Source: an uncultured Verrucomicrobiota bacterium
Lineage (GTDB): Bacteria; Verrucomicrobiota; Kiritimatiellia; RFP12; UBA1067
Length of the DNA: 64,000 nucleotides
Direction of reading: 5' to 3'
Assembly (NCBI GenBank): GCA_946533675.1
Contig: CAMNBZ010000013.1
Coordinates: forward strand, 2,391-66,390
Numbering within the stretch: position 1 is the first letter of the stretch; each line of letters opens with the position of its first letter. Both the position numbers and the translations under genes were made by a program. The notes under the pieces were generated by a model. The model saw nothing but the letters and a program-made list of their open reading frames with translations. It searched no databases and was not told the DNA's origin. Shown here one piece after another: positions 48,068 through 58,043 of this stretch.

Positions 48068-48778
48068 GTGTTGGACGGTTTGATCAGCGACTTCACCCAG
48101 TGCTTCGTCAAGAACGGGCGCTGGGAATACCTCTGGAACGGGCTGGGCGTCACGCTGGAGGTGGCGCTCGCCGCGATCTTCCTCGGGCTCGCGCTCGGCT
48201 TCCTCGTCGCCGTCGTGCGCGCGACGCACGACAGGTACGGGCGCTTCCGCCTGCTCGACCTGGTCGCGAAGGTCTATCTGACGGTGATCCGCGGCACGCC
48301 GATGGTGGTGCAGCTGCTCATCACCTACTACATCATCCTGCGGTCGGTCGACTCGAAGGTGCTGATCGCCATCATCGCGTTCGGCCTCAATTCCGGCGCG
48401 TACCAGGCGGAGATCATCCGCGCGGGCATCGTGTCGATCGACCCCGGCCAGATGGAGGCGGCGCGCGCGCTGGGGCTGTCGTACTGGAGGAGCATGGTGC
48501 GGATCATCCTGCCGCAGGCGGTGCGCAACATCCTGCCGGCGCTCGGCAACGAGTTCATCGTCCTCATGAAGGATACGTCCATCGTCGGCTACATCGCGCT
48601 CATCGACCTCGCGAAGGGCGGCGACATCATCCGCTCGCAGACGTACTCCGTCTATCTCCCGTACCTCACGGTCGCGGCCGTCTACCTCATTCTCGTCATG
48701 ACGTTCACCGGACTCCTCGGCCGGCTCGAGCGCTATCTCCGGAACACCGGCGCGGACCCGGTCCACAACGACAGCTGA
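48068..48778 (+). CDS. Polar amino-acid ABC transporter permease
   Basis: [44 protein letters not shown]. Confidence 0.92.
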   Translation: MLDGLISDFTQCFVKNGRWEYLWNGLGVTLEVALAAIFLGLALGFLVAVVRATHDRYGRFRLLDLVAKVYLTVIRGTPMVVQLLITYYIILRSVDSKVLIAIIAFGLNSGAYQAEIIRAGIVSIDPGQMEAARALGLSYWRSMVRIILPQAVRNILPALGNEFIVLMKDTSIVGYIALIDLAKGGDIIRSQTYSVYLPYLTVAAVYLILVMTFTGLLGRLERYLRNTGADPVHNDS

Positions 48779-48791
48779 CGGCCGCCGCCGG

Positions 48792-48819
48792 CCACGAACC
48801 ACGAATCACGAAACGCGAA
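48792..48819 (+). repeat. CACGAA heptamer tract before the ATPase gene
   Basis: CCACGAA CCACGAA TCACGAA ACGCGAA. Confidence 0.7.
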
Positions 48820-48824
48820 CTGCC

Positions 48825-49685
48825 ATGTCTGAAACACTGCTCAAGATCGAAAACCTCACGAAGAGCTTCGGCGAGCTCGAGGTGCTGAAGGGACTCTCGA
48901 CCGAGATCCGCAAGGGCGAGGTCGTGGTGATGATCGGTCCGTCCGGCGGCGGCAAGTCGACCTTCCTCCGCTGCATGAACCTGCTGGAGCGGCCGACGGG
49001 AGGATCGATCATCTTCGACGGGATCGACATCGTCCAGGCGGACGAGAAGACGAAAAACCGCGTCCGCAGCGAGATGGGCATGGTGTTCCAGCACTTCAAC
49101 CTGTTCCCGCACCTGACGATCCTCGACAACATCACGCTCGCGCCGAAGCTCGTGCGCGGCGTGTCCGCCGCGGACGCCGAGAAGAAGGCGAGGGAGCTCT
49201 TGAAGCTGGTCGGCCTCGCCGACAAGGCGAAGGCGTATCCGCAGCAGCTCTCCGGCGGGCAGAAGCAGCGCGTCGCGATCGTGCGCTCGCTCGCGATGGA
49301 GCCGAAGGTGATGCTGTTCGACGAGCCGACGTCCGCGCTCGATCCCGAGATGGTCGGCGAGGTGCTCGACGTCATGAAGGATCTCGCGAAGGACGGCATG
49401 ACGATGGTCGTCGTCACGCACGAGATGCGCTTCGCGCGCGACGTCGCCACGCGCGTCCTGTTCCTCGAGGGCGGCCGGATCGCCGCGGAAGGGACGCCGG
49501 CGGCGATTTTCGACGGACGGCACGACGGCCGCCTCGGCGAGTTCCTGGGCAAGGTGCGCGTCGGCACCGAATTCCGCGACAAGGTCAAGTCCGAGCTCTT
49601 CGACATCCTGAAGGACCGCGAGGTTTCCGAGGAGGAGCTCGCGCGGCTCAAGGATCTGCTCGCCGGCGGCGCGCCGGCGACGTGA
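48825..49685 (+). CDS. Polar amino-acid ABC transporter ATP-binding protein (GlnQ-like)
   Basis: [34 protein letters not shown]; about 40-aa C-terminal extension. Confidence 0.93.
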   Translation: MSETLLKIENLTKSFGELEVLKGLSTEIRKGEVVVMIGPSGGGKSTFLRCMNLLERPTGGSIIFDGIDIVQADEKTKNRVRSEMGMVFQHFNLFPHLTILDNITLAPKLVRGVSAADAEKKARELLKLVGLADKAKAYPQQLSGGQKQRVAIVRSLAMEPKVMLFDEPTSALDPEMVGEVLDVMKDLAKDGMTMVVVTHEMRFARDVATRVLFLEGGRIAAEGTPAAIFDGRHDGRLGEFLGKVRVGTEFRDKVKSELFDILKDREVSEEELARLKDLLAGGAPAT

Positions 49686-49729
49686 ACCGATTTTCCCCGA
49701 CACCAACCAACGAAGAAGGAGAAAAACAC

Positions 49730-50626
49730 ATGAAAAAACCGATGATCCTGCTGGGCGCACTCGCCGCAGCAACCGCATTCGCGGCGCAGGCCGACGAACA
49801 GCCCGTTTCCGGCGCACCGACGCAGCCGGCGGCGGAGCAGATGGAGACGGAAGAGGACGAGACATCGCTCGTTGAAGTCTCGCTCACGCTCGACGTGAAT
49901 TCCGCCTACGTCTCCCACAACCGCATCTTCTCGGACACGCCGGTCGCGCAGTACGACCTCTGGATGCAGATGAACCTGCCGGAGGACTTCGGCTGGCTGG
50001 CGTTCGACGTCTGGGCCAACCAGGAGCTCAACAAGCGGCACAGCTCGCGCGTGCACGGCAACGGCGGCCGTCAGTTCGGCGGATTCGGCGAGTTCGACTA
50101 TGAAATCGTCTACGGCAACTCCCTCGGACCGGTGAACTTCACCGCCTCCCATCTCTGGTACACGTACCCGCGCTGCGGCTGGCATTCCCAGAAATTCTGG
50201 ACGGTCGGCGCCGAGTATGACAACGAGTTCCTCGTCCCGAGCGTCAAGTTCTTCTGGGAGTACGGCCATGACAACAAGCCGGACGAGGCGTTCATGTTCG
50301 ATTTCGCGCTCTCGCGCGGATTCGAGCTCACCGAGAAGCTCTCGCTCACGTTCACGTCCAAGACGACGCTCTACACCTCGCAGTACGCGAAGTACATCTC
50401 CGGCGGCGAGCTGACCGACACCGTCTTCGGCGGCTGGGACAACGGCCTCGCGCTGAACTACGCGCTCACCGACAACATTTCGCTCGGCGCGCATCTCAAC
50501 TACCTCTACAAGATCGACCACCGCGTGCGTCACGCCAGGGACTGGGACGCCTATTCCGTCGGCAGCGGGCACAGCACGCACGACGGCATGCTCTACGGCG
50601 GCTTCTCCGCCAGTCTCTCGTTCTGA
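49730..50626 (+). CDS. Putative outer-membrane beta-barrel protein
   Basis: Signal peptide AFAAQA; alternating aromatic/hydrophobic strands; terminal SASLSF; AAGGAG RBS. Confidence 0.6.
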   Translation: MKKPMILLGALAAATAFAAQADEQPVSGAPTQPAAEQMETEEDETSLVEVSLTLDVNSAYVSHNRIFSDTPVAQYDLWMQMNLPEDFGWLAFDVWANQELNKRHSSRVHGNGGRQFGGFGEFDYEIVYGNSLGPVNFTASHLWYTYPRCGWHSQKFWTVGAEYDNEFLVPSVKFFWEYGHDNKPDEAFMFDFALSRGFELTEKLSLTFTSKTTLYTSQYAKYISGGELTDTVFGGWDNGLALNYALTDNISLGAHLNYLYKIDHRVRHARDWDAYSVGSGHSTHDGMLYGGFSASLSF

Positions 50627-50652
50627 TCCCGGACGCCAACGGAGGCAATGAC

Positions 50653-52704
50653 ATGAAGAGCATCCTGATCGCGGCCGCCGTGCTGTCCGCCTCGTTCGCG
50701 TTCGCGGACGAGGCGGCGCCGGCGGAGACGCCGGCGTGTCCGGTGTCCGTCGTCGTCGACGGCACCGCGACTTCGTACAACCTCGCGGTCGTCGCGGACG
50801 CGGGCGACGTCAAGGGCGCGCAGGCGTACATCGGCGCCTACGCGGACAACGTTCAGAACGACGCGAACTTCAAGGCGAACGAGGCGACGGCGCTGGCGAC
50901 CATCCGCACGGAGAACCGGTTCTTCGGCACGTGGTGGTCGATCTTCCCGCCGCTGCTGGCGATCTTCCTCGCGCTTCTCACGAAGGAGGTCTATTCGTCG
51001 CTCTTCATCGGCATTGTCTCCGGCGGCCTGATCTATTCCGGCTTCGCGTTCGAGGGGACGCTGCTGCACGTCGTCAAGGACGGCTTCATCGACTCGGTCG
51101 CGGACGGCTACAACGTCGGCATCCTGCTCTTCCTCGTCCTGCTCGGCTCGCTCGTCGCGATGATGAACAAGACGGGCGCGTCGGCGGCGTTCGGGCGGTG
51201 GGCGCAGACGCACATCCGCACCCGCATCGGCGCGCAGGTCGCGACGATCATCCTCGGCCTGCTCATCTTCGTCGACGACTACTTCAACTGCCTCACCGTC
51301 GGCAGCGTGATGCGCCCCGTGACCGACGCGAAGAAGGTGTCGCGCGCGAAGCTCGCGTACCTCATCGACGCGACGGCCGCGCCGATCTGCATCATCGCGC
51401 CGATCTCGAGCTGGGCGGCGGCGGTCGCGGGCTTCGCGAAGGGCGCGGGCGCCGAGAGCGGCTTCTCGCTCTTCATCAACGCCATCCCCTACAACTTCTA
51501 CGCGATCCTCACCATCGTCGCGATGTTCGCGTTCGCGTTCATGAAGTTCGACTTCGGCCCGATGAAGCGCCACGAGGCGGCGACCGCCGCCGGCGGGCCG
51601 GATCTCGGCGCGATCGAGGACGCGACCGACGCGCTCGCGAAGAACGACCGCGGCCGCGTCATCGACCTCGTCATCCCGGTGCTCGTGCTCATCGCGTGCT
51701 GCATGGTCGGCATGATCTACTCGGGCGGCTATTTCGGCGGCGACAACGCCGGCGACTTCGTGAAGGCGTTCTCCGACTCCGACGCGTCCGTCGGCCTCGC
51801 GCTCGGCTCGATCGTCGCGATCGTCTTCGCCGTCGCGTTCTACCTCTGCCGCCGCGTCATCTCGTTCCGCGACTGCATGGACGCGTTCCCGGAGGGCTTC
51901 AAGGCGATGGTGCCCGCGATCATGATCCTCTGCTGCGCGTGGACGCTCAAGGCGATGACCGATTCGCTCGGCGCGAAGGTGTTCATCTCCGACATCATCA
52001 GCGGCCCGGCGGCGGGCCTCTGGAACTTCCTCCCCGCCATCATCTTCGTCATCGCGATCATCCTCGCGTTCTCGACGGGCACGAGCTGGGGCACGTTCGG
52101 CATTCTCATCCCGATCGTCCTCGCGGCGATCCCGGGCTCGTCGATGACGATCGTTGCCGTCTCCGCCTGCATGGCGGGCGCCGTCTGCGGCGACCACTGC
52201 TCGCCGATCTCCGACACGACGATCATGGCGTCGGCGGGCGCGCAGTGCAACCACATCGTGCACGTCAACACGCAGCTGCCGTACGCGCTCACCGTCGCGG
52301 CCGTCTCGTTCGTCGCCTACATCGTGGCGCCGTTCGTCGGCTCGGCGTGGATCTCGCTCCCGCTTGCCGTCCTGCTTATGCTCGCGACGCTCTTCTTCCT
52401 GAAGCTCGTCGTCAAGGGCGCGGTCGCGGAGGGCTCCATGCCCGCCGTGTTCCGCAAGTTCGCCCAGAGCGTCAACAACCGGCCGTTCGCCGCGCAGCTC
52501 GCGCACATGGCGGACGCGATCCTCGCCGACGGCCGCATCGACGAGAAGGAGGCCGTGCAGCTGTCCGAGCTGCTCGCCAAGATCGAGGGCCAGGAGGAGT
52601 TCCGGAAGGCGCTTGACGCCGCGCGGGAGGACGGCGTGATCACGCTGGAGGAGTCGGCCAACATCGAAGGCTTCATCCGCCGGCTCATCGGCCGCAAGGC
52701 GTAG
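50653..52704 (+). CDS. NhaC-family transporter with periplasmic N-extension and TerB-like C-tail
   Basis: FVDDYFNCLTVG, IDATAAPIC, STGTSWGTFGI, CGDHCSPISDTTIMAS; tail ADAILADGRIDEKEA...REDGVITLEE. Confidence 0.85.
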   Translation: MKSILIAAAVLSASFAFADEAAPAETPACPVSVVVDGTATSYNLAVVADAGDVKGAQAYIGAYADNVQNDANFKANEATALATIRTENRFFGTWWSIFPPLLAIFLALLTKEVYSSLFIGIVSGGLIYSGFAFEGTLLHVVKDGFIDSVADGYNVGILLFLVLLGSLVAMMNKTGASAAFGRWAQTHIRTRIGAQVATIILGLLIFVDDYFNCLTVGSVMRPVTDAKKVSRAKLAYLIDATAAPICIIAPISSWAAAVAGFAKGAGAESGFSLFINAIPYNFYAILTIVAMFAFAFMKFDFGPMKRHEAATAAGGPDLGAIEDATDALAKNDRGRVIDLVIPVLVLIACCMVGMIYSGGYFGGDNAGDFVKAFSDSDASVGLALGSIVAIVFAVAFYLCRRVISFRDCMDAFPEGFKAMVPAIMILCCAWTLKAMTDSLGAKVFISDIISGPAAGLWNFLPAIIFVIAIILAFSTGTSWGTFGILIPIVLAAIPGSSMTIVAVSACMAGAVCGDHCSPISDTTIMASAGAQCNHIVHVNTQLPYALTVAAVSFVAYIVAPFVGSAWISLPLAVLLMLATLFFLKLVVKGAVAEGSMPAVFRKFAQSVNNRPFAAQLAHMADAILADGRIDEKEAVQLSELLAKIEGQEEFRKALDAAREDGVITLEESANIEGFIRRLIGRKA

Positions 52705-52749
52705 CTGGACATCCGACACAGACCGAATCAGAAAAAAAGGACAGACATC

Positions 52750-53520
52750 ATGAAAAAACTGTTGATTGCACTCGCCGCCGCGGCGGCGCTCGCCGGCTGC
52801 GGCGAAAAGGACGACGGCACGCGCAAGTTCGTCGTCGGCTTCGACGCCGACTTCCCGCCCTACGGCTACAAGGACGGCAGCGAGTACAAGGGCTTCGACC
52901 TCGATCTCGCCCGCGCCGTCTGCGCGAAGAAGGGCTGGACGTTCGTCGCCAATCCCATCAACTGGGACGCGAAGGACATGGAGCTCAACTCCGGCGCGAT
53001 CGACTGCATCTGGAACGGCTTCACGATGCAGGGCCGCGAAAACGCCTACACGTTCAGCGCGCCGTACGTCGACAACTCGCAGGTCGTGCTCGTGAAGGTG
53101 GATTCGCCCGTCGTCAGGCTGACCGACCTCGCGGGCCGGACCGTGGGCGTCCAGATCGACACGCCCGTGCAGAAGGCGCTGTCGGCCGGCGGCGACCGCG
53201 CGGCGCTCGGCGCCACGTTCAAGGGGCTCGTCGTCGAACCGAACTACAACCAGCTCGTGAACGAGCTCGTCATGGACGCGGTCGAGGCCGTCGCGCTTGA
53301 CGTCGGCGTCGCGCGCCGGAAGATGGCGGACCTGCCCGGCAAGTTCCGCATCCTCGACGAGATCGTCATGAAGGAGACGTACGGCATCGGCTTCAAGAAG
53401 GGCAACACGGCCCTCTGCGCGGAGGTCGAGGCGGCCCTGCGCGAAGTCGTCGCCGACGGCACGATGGCTGCCCTCGCCGAGACGTACGGCATCGAGAAGG
53501 ACGCGCTCCTCCTCAAATAA
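52750..53520 (+). CDS. Amino-acid ABC transporter substrate-binding lipoprotein
   Basis: Lipobox LAGC; VGFDADFPPYGY, GFDLDLA, IDCIWNGFT. Confidence 0.9.
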   Translation: MKKLLIALAAAAALAGCGEKDDGTRKFVVGFDADFPPYGYKDGSEYKGFDLDLARAVCAKKGWTFVANPINWDAKDMELNSGAIDCIWNGFTMQGRENAYTFSAPYVDNSQVVLVKVDSPVVRLTDLAGRTVGVQIDTPVQKALSAGGDRAALGATFKGLVVEPNYNQLVNELVMDAVEAVALDVGVARRKMADLPGKFRILDEIVMKETYGIGFKKGNTALCAEVEAALREVVADGTMAALAETYGIEKDALLLK

Positions 53521-53529
53521 GGACCGCCG

Positions 53530-54180
53530 ATGACGTTCTCCGGCATGATCGTGGATCTCCTCTCGGGACTCGCCGTCTCGGTGGAGATCTTCGTCTTCAC
53601 GCTGCTCATCGCGCTGCCGCTCGGCTTCCCGATCGCGCTCGGGCGCATGTCGCGCCACCCGCTGGTGTCCGGCCTCTTCCGCCTGTACATCTCCGTCGTG
53701 CGCGGCACGCCGCTCATGCTCCAGATCATCTTCGTCTACTTTGCGCCGTACATCTTCTTCAAGATGCCGCTGTCGCGCTATCCGCGCCTCCTGGCGACGG
53801 TGCTCGCGTTCGGCTTCAACTACGCGGCGTATTTCGCGGAGATCTACCGCGGCGGGATGCTGTCGATCGACGTCGGGCAGCGCGAGGCGGCGCTTTCGCT
53901 CGGCCTCGACCGCTTCCAGACGTTCTTCCGCATCATCCTGCCGCAGACGGTCAAGCGCGTCATCCCGGCCGTCGGCAACGAGGTGATCACGCTCGTGAAG
54001 GACACGTCGCTCGCGTTCACCATCGCCGTCACGGAGATGTTCACGATCGCCAAGCAGCTGTCGTCCGCGCACACGTCGATGACGCCGCTCATCGCCGCCG
54101 GCGTCTTCTACTACGTCTTCAACTACCTCGTCGCGTTCGCCATGGAGCGGCTGGAGCGGCGCTTCGCGTACTACAACTAG
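53530..54180 (+). CDS. Amino-acid ABC transporter permease
   Basis: VRGTPLMLQ, AAYFAEIYRGG, GQREAALSLG, NEVITLVKDTS. Confidence 0.92.
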   Translation: MTFSGMIVDLLSGLAVSVEIFVFTLLIALPLGFPIALGRMSRHPLVSGLFRLYISVVRGTPLMLQIIFVYFAPYIFFKMPLSRYPRLLATVLAFGFNYAAYFAEIYRGGMLSIDVGQREAALSLGLDRFQTFFRIILPQTVKRVIPAVGNEVITLVKDTSLAFTIAVTEMFTIAKQLSSAHTSMTPLIAAGVFYYVFNYLVAFAMERLERRFAYYN

Positions 54181-54192
54181 GGACGCGCCGCC

Positions 54193-55122
54193 ATGGGTCC
54201 GATCCTGCTCCTGCTTGCGGCCCTCCTGTGGGGCAGTGCGTTCGTGGCGCAGAAGCTCGCCGCCGAACACCTCGGGCCGTTTGCCGTCACGTGCGCGCGC
54301 AACATCATCGGCGGCGCGTTCATCTACCTCTGCTTCCGCCTGCGCCTCCGCTTCTGGGGGCGCGCGGGCATCCCGGCGGGCGTGCGCTCCTTCTCGCCGC
54401 GCGCGTTCGCGGGCGGCGTGGCGGCGGGCGTCGCGCTCTTCACCGCCTCCGTCACGCAGCAGATCGGCATCACCCACACGACGCCCGGCATCTCCGCCTT
54501 CCTGACCTCGAACTACATGATCCTCGTGCCGCTCTTCGGCCTCTTCGTCGGCCGCCGCGCGGGCGCGCTCGTGTGGCTCTGGGCCGCGCTGGCCCTCGGC
54601 GGCACGTACCTGCTCTGCGTCGAGCCGTCCGCCGCCGTGCCCGCGCTCGGCCGCGGCGAGGCGTGGACGCTCCTCTGCGCCGCGCTCTTCGCCGTCCAGA
54701 TGCTCTGCGTCGACCGCTTCGCGCCCGGGACCGACATCCTCGCCTTTTCCTGCATCCAGCAGTTCACCGGCGCCGTGTGCGCCGCGCCGTTCCTCTTCAC
54801 CGCCGCCGAGCGCGCGTTCTTCACCGCGCCGCACCTCGCGGCCGCGACCGGCCCGCTCCTCTACATCGCCATCCTCTCGAGCGGCATCGCCTACACCTGC
54901 CAGAACCTCGGCCAGGTCCGCACGCCGCCCGCGCTCGCCACCATCATCATGGCGCAGGAAAGCGCGATCGGCGCGATCTGCGGCGCGCTCGTCCTCGGCG
55001 ACGTCCTCACGGCGCGCCAGATCGTCGGCTGCGGCGTCATGCTCGCGGCGGTCATCCTTTCGCAGATTTTCAATGGCACGGAGCAGACGGACGCCGCGCG
55101 CGGCGGGAAAGGAGAACGGTAG
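54193..55122 (+). CDS. DMT/EamA-family transporter
   Basis: LLWGSAFVAQK, SAFLTSNYMILVP, SSGIAYTCQ, ESAIGA. Confidence 0.88.
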   Translation: MGPILLLLAALLWGSAFVAQKLAAEHLGPFAVTCARNIIGGAFIYLCFRLRLRFWGRAGIPAGVRSFSPRAFAGGVAAGVALFTASVTQQIGITHTTPGISAFLTSNYMILVPLFGLFVGRRAGALVWLWAALALGGTYLLCVEPSAAVPALGRGEAWTLLCAALFAVQMLCVDRFAPGTDILAFSCIQQFTGAVCAAPFLFTAAERAFFTAPHLAAATGPLLYIAILSSGIAYTCQNLGQVRTPPALATIIMAQESAIGAICGALVLGDVLTARQIVGCGVMLAAVILSQIFNGTEQTDAARGGKGER

Positions 55123-55923
55123 ATGGGCTGGATCGGCGGCGCGATCGGCTATGCGGTGGGCGCGCGCTTCGGCGCGCTCGCCGGGATTCTCGGCGCGGTG
55201 ATCGGCAGCGCGGTCGGCAATCTGGTCGGCGGCGGCGCGGGGACGCCGACGGGCGGGTCGTACGGCCAGACGCGCCGACGCGCGGCCACGCAGCGCGAGC
55301 GCGAGGTCGTGTTCCTGACGGCCGCGGGCGCGCTCCTGGCGAAGCTCGCCAAGGCCGACGGCCACGTGGACGCGTCGGAGATCGCGGCCGCCGAGCGGGC
55401 CTTCGTGCGGCTGGGACTCACGCCCGGCAACCGCGCGATCTGCATCCAGGCGTTCCGCGCGGCGAAGGCCGACGCCCATTCGATCTTCGACTACGCCGAG
55501 TCGTTCGCCGCCGTCGCGCGCGGCGAGCCGCTGCGCCAGCTGATGTACGATCTCCTCTGGGACGTCGCGTGCGCCGACGGCGAGCTGTCGCCCGACGAGC
55601 GGCGCATCCTCGAGATGATCGTCACGCCCCTCCGGATCCGGCCGTCGCTCTTCGCCGAACAGCGCGCCCGCCGTCTCGGCGGCCGCGCGGGCGCGGCGCG
55701 GCGCGCGCCGTCCGCGCCGTCGCCGTACGAGATCCTCGGCTGCGCGCCGACCGCGACGGACGACGAGGTGCGCCGCGCCTACCGGGCGCAGGCGAAGAAG
55801 AACCACCCCGATCTCCTGCGCGCGCAGGGCCTGCCGGAGGAGATGGTGACGCGCGCGACCGCGCAGATGGCGCGCATCAACGCCGCGTGGGAGGAGATCA
55901 AGCGCGCGCGCGGCCTGTCCTGA
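55123..55923 (+). CDS. djlA: DjlA-like co-chaperone (TM + TerB-like + J domain)
   Basis: Gly-rich TM; AKADGHVDASEI; YEILG...YRAQAKKNHPD. Confidence 0.85.
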   Translation: MGWIGGAIGYAVGARFGALAGILGAVIGSAVGNLVGGGAGTPTGGSYGQTRRRAATQREREVVFLTAAGALLAKLAKADGHVDASEIAAAERAFVRLGLTPGNRAICIQAFRAAKADAHSIFDYAESFAAVARGEPLRQLMYDLLWDVACADGELSPDERRILEMIVTPLRIRPSLFAEQRARRLGGRAGAARRAPSAPSPYEILGCAPTATDDEVRRAYRAQAKKNHPDLLRAQGLPEEMVTRATAQMARINAAWEEIKRARGLS

Positions 55924-56839
55924 CCGGGGCCGCCCGCCCGTCCGCGCCGATGATCCGGCGGATCGCCGCGATGAAGGTCCGCGCCGCGTCGGACGGCGCG
56001 ATGCCCATGCGCCGCACGAGGCCGACACGGATCGTCTCGCCGAGCCGGAGCGGCACGGAGACGATGGCCGGGTCGTAGGCTTTCGCGTGCGCCCCGGACG
56101 CCACCGTGAAGCCGTTCAGCCCCAGGATGAGATTCGTCATCGTCGCGCGGTCGCGCACGCGGATGTTCTTTTTCCGGTCGATGGCCGCCATCACCTCCTC
56201 GGCGAAGGACAGCGCGTTCTCCGCGCCCTGCTCGTACGTGAGGTAGGGGTACGCGTCCAGCTCGGCGGGCAGGATGGCCTTCTTCTTCGCGAGCGGATGG
56301 CGCCGGCCGAGAAAGACGTGCGGCTGCGCCGAATAGAGCTCCTCGAACGCGAGCTCGTCGCGCTTGAAGATCTTGCGCAGCAGGCGCTCGTTGCGGCTGG
56401 ACAGGTAGAGCAGGCCGATCTCGCTGCGGTGCCGGGCCACGTCGTCGATGATCTCGCTCGTCACCGTCTCGCGCAGCGTGAAGTCGTAGGCGTCGCTCGT
56501 CGCCGCCCGGACGACCTCCATGAACGCCTCGGCCGCGAACGCGAAGTGCTGGCACGAGACGGCGAACTGCGGCCGGCGCACGGTCTTGCCCGTGTACTTT
56601 TCGGTGATGCGCGCGGCGTCGTCCAGAATCTGGCGCGCCGACGCCAGGAACTCTTCGCCCTCGCGGGTGACGGAGATGCCGCGCACCGAACGCGTGAAGA
56701 GGGCCGTGCGGAGCTCCTCCTCCAGCGCGCGGATCGATTCGGTCAGCGTCGGCTGGGTGGCGAACATGCGCCGCGCGGCCTCGCTGATGCTGCCGTAGGT
56801 CGCCACCGCGTCCGCATATTTGAGCTGTTGCAGTGTCAT
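55898..56839 (-). CDS. LysR-family transcriptional regulator
   Basis: MTLQQLKY...GSISEAARRMFATQPTLTESIRALEEELRTALFTRS. Confidence 0.93.
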   Translation of the reverse strand: MTLQQLKYADAVATYGSISEAARRMFATQPTLTESIRALEEELRTALFTRSVRGISVTREGEEFLASARQILDDAARITEKYTGKTVRRPQFAVSCQHFAFAAEAFMEVVRAATSDAYDFTLRETVTSEIIDDVARHRSEIGLLYLSSRNERLLRKIFKRDELAFEELYSAQPHVFLGRRHPLAKKKAILPAELDAYPYLTYEQGAENALSFAEEVMAAIDRKKNIRVRDRATMTNLILGLNGFTVASGAHAKAYDPAIVSVPLRLGETIRVGLVRRMGIAPSDAARTFIAAIRRIIGADGRAAPVRTGRARA

Positions 56840-56866
56840 GACGCTAGTATATCATATTGATCGTGT

Positions 56867-57970
56867 TCAGATTCGGTTGTCCCACGTCTTGAAGACCGCC
56901 TCCTGCCCGTGCGCGCGGATGGCGGCGAAGACCTCGGCGGGCGGGCGGCCGTCGGACAGGGTGAACTGCGCCGTGTCGTCCGCGTGCACGGCGGCGTAGC
57001 CGCCCGGCGTGACGCGCGAGCCCGCGCTCATGTTGTCCGCGGCGGTGAGGACGATCCGGTCGCGGAAGGCCGGCGCCTCGCGCGTCGAGACGGTCAGGCC
57101 GCACGACGGGAACACGATGCGGAAGGCGAGCATCATCTGCTCCAGATCGTCTTCACCGACCTCGCAGGGCGGGACGAAGCCGCCGTCGACGCGGCAGATG
57201 CGCGGGAACGCGAACTGCACTTTCGCCTCGTAGCATTCGCGCATCAGGTGGTATGCGTGCGCGGCGAGGCTGGCCGCCTCCCGGCGCCACGGCCCGAGTC
57301 CGAGCAGGAAGGCGCAGCCGAGCGTGCGGAAGCCGGCGCGTCCCGCGCGCAGCTGCGTGCCGAGCCGCCAGTCGTAGTCCGCCTTGGGCCCGGCCGGGTG
57401 CATCTCGCGGTAGAGCGTGCGGTCGTACGTCTCCTGAAAGCACGTCAGCCCCTCGTAGCCCGCGGCGAAGAGCGCGCGATAGGCGTCTTCCGTCTGCGGC
57501 GCGACCTCCAGCGCCCGGTACGCGAACAGCGGCTTCAGCAGCCGCCCGACGTCGGCCAGATGGTCGACGGTGTTGACCTGCGGATCCTCGCCGGCGACGA
57601 CGAGGACGGAATCGATGCCGCTCGACCGGAGGACCTCGGCCTCGGCGCGGATCTCGTCGAGCGTGAGGTTGCGCCGCGCCGTGCCGACGTGCCCGCGGCG
57701 GAAGTCGCAGTAGCGGCATGCGTTGACGCACGTGTTGCCGATGTAGAGCGGCGCGTACACGCTGACGGTTCGGCCGTAGTGGCGCCGCCGCGCGAGCTGC
57801 GCCGCGCGGCGCAGCTCGGCGAGACGCGGCCGCGCCGCCGGGCTGATCAGGTTCAGCAGATCGAACCAGTCGGGCCGCGCGGCGTCCAGCGACGCGCGCA
57901 CATCCGCGTCCGTGACGCGGGCGAGAAAACTCTCCACCTCCTCTTCACGATACTTCAGCAACGGAAACAT
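56867..57970 (-). CDS. thiH: 2-iminoacetate synthase (radical SAM)
   Basis: YAPLYIGNTCVNACRYCDF, FQETY, AFLLGLGPWR, STRE, SAGSRVTPGGY; follows thiG. Confidence 0.88.
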   Translation of the reverse strand: MFPLLKYREEEVESFLARVTDADVRASLDAARPDWFDLLNLISPAARPRLAELRRAAQLARRRHYGRTVSVYAPLYIGNTCVNACRYCDFRRGHVGTARRNLTLDEIRAEAEVLRSSGIDSVLVVAGEDPQVNTVDHLADVGRLLKPLFAYRALEVAPQTEDAYRALFAAGYEGLTCFQETYDRTLYREMHPAGPKADYDWRLGTQLRAGRAGFRTLGCAFLLGLGPWRREAASLAAHAYHLMRECYEAKVQFAFPRICRVDGGFVPPCEVGEDDLEQMMLAFRIVFPSCGLTVSTREAPAFRDRIVLTAADNMSAGSRVTPGGYAAVHADDTAQFTLSDGRPPAEVFAAIRAHGQEAVFKTWDNRI

Positions 57971-57984
57971 CCCTTTTCTCCTCC

Positions 57985-58043
57985 CTCTCCACTCTCCACT
58001 CTCAACTTTCCACTCTCAACTCTCCACTCTCCACTCTCAACTC
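57985..58043 (-). repeat. Heptamer array at the thiG-thiH junction (about 8 units)
   Basis: ACT(C/T)TC(A/C) repeats; on the coding strand AGT-TGA provides the thiG stop. Confidence 0.92.

Noticed and set aside
55898-55923. 26-bp convergent overlap of djlA and LysR genes
   Set aside because: Short 3' overlaps of convergent genes are common in GC-rich genomes
43697-56028. Very long minus-strand ORFs (43697-48802, 48806-50581, 50593-56028) and similar ones such as 3492-6503, 13692-15245, 37459-39318
   Set aside because: Antisense shadows of well-supported genes; Arg/Ala/Gly-rich, no motifs; expected in high-GC coding DNA
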